DNA from: Octopus sinensis
Lineage: Eukaryota
Assembly: GCF_006345805.1 (NCBI RefSeq)
Contig: NC_043008.1
Location: 40,052,001-40,116,000 of the forward strand
Length of the DNA stretch: 64,000 bases
Direction of reading: 5' to 3'
In this document: in pieces, positions 63,261 through 64,000 of the stretch
Layout of the letters: each line of letters starts with the position of its first letter
How positions within the stretch are numbered: position 1 is the first letter of the stretch
Made by a program: the position numbers and the translations under genes
Notes under the pieces: generated by a model
Seen by the model: the letters and a program-made list of their open reading frames with translations, nothing else
Database searches by the model: none
What the model was told of the DNA's origin: nothing

Positions 63261-64000
63261 ATTTCACGGTAGGCAATCAGGTTTAACGGGTATGCGAACG
63301 AATATGTGTGTGTTTGTGTATGCATATATGCATGTATGTATGTGTCATTGTGCTTCTGTTTGCACTCTCCTAGGATGGATAATCGGTTTTGCATTCTTTA
63401 CCAAGGCGTATCTAAACGTTTTGTTAAAAGACAAAGGTGTTTTGACAAGTATTAGACTTTAAAATACGTCGATTCCTTCTATTAAATCAACAAGGCAGCA
63501 CTCCATCATAGTCGCGGCTCCATGAGTAGAATTAGCAGAACTGTAAAAGTATATTTATCATATTTCCAAAGCAGCAGAAGGCAAACTTTTGAAATTAGTA
63601 CTTTGTAATAAAGTAAGTTATGTTTATTTGCCATATCTCTAGTGACATGCAGCAATTACAAATCTAAAGATTAATCGTCTTTAAACTTGGTACCTCGCCA
63701 AGTCCCGGACAAGAATAAACACAAACTGCCAAAGAGTTTCATGTGTCTGTCTGTAAAACTACAGATTTGCACTGTGCTTATAAACTTGTTTCTTAAACTG
63801 CAATGAGTATATTATTAGGAAATTCTTATAGAATGAGCGATAGACACTCATAGAAAGTAACTGTAAATTGTTTGTTACGTTCATATTGGATTTCCTTAGA
63901 TGACTCGTTCCCTTATTTACCTGCAGTCAATTCTTTCTCTCTTCAACTATATTCATTGACTGTTGTTACACAGCAGCCATACTCCGACCATGTTTCTGTA

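Overview
AT-rich, microsatellite-dense eukaryotic (animal) DNA, intergenic or intronic. The tRNA-derived SINE families and repeat mix look like an octopus/cephalopod genome; this is inferred from recalled repeat consensi, not from a search. I found no credible host protein-coding exon, rRNA, intact tRNA or CRISPR array, and most listed ORFs are microsatellite or antisense artefacts. The window is a mosaic of decayed mobile elements: Penelope-like elements (a Neptune-type RT+GIY-YIG copy and a back-to-back Poseidon-type pair), R4/Dong-type RLE LINEs piled into (AAT)n, RTE and CR1 LINE fragments, Tc1/mariner and Tigger-like remnants, Helitron pieces, four SINE families and several foldback hairpins. 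The best find is a non-coding, (TA)n-flanked element at 27781-28558. It has two ~270-bp direct repeats, each carrying an intact type-I hammerhead ribozyme with a palindromic stem III. The cleavage sites are 506 nt apart, which is a retrozyme-like unit predicted to release a 506-nt (potentially circular) RNA. Other minimal or decayed hammerheads occur in TA-anchored elements, and one lies just downstream of a tRNA-like Pol III promoter inside a Penelope 3' repeat. All translations and alignments were done by eye, so element edges are approximate.
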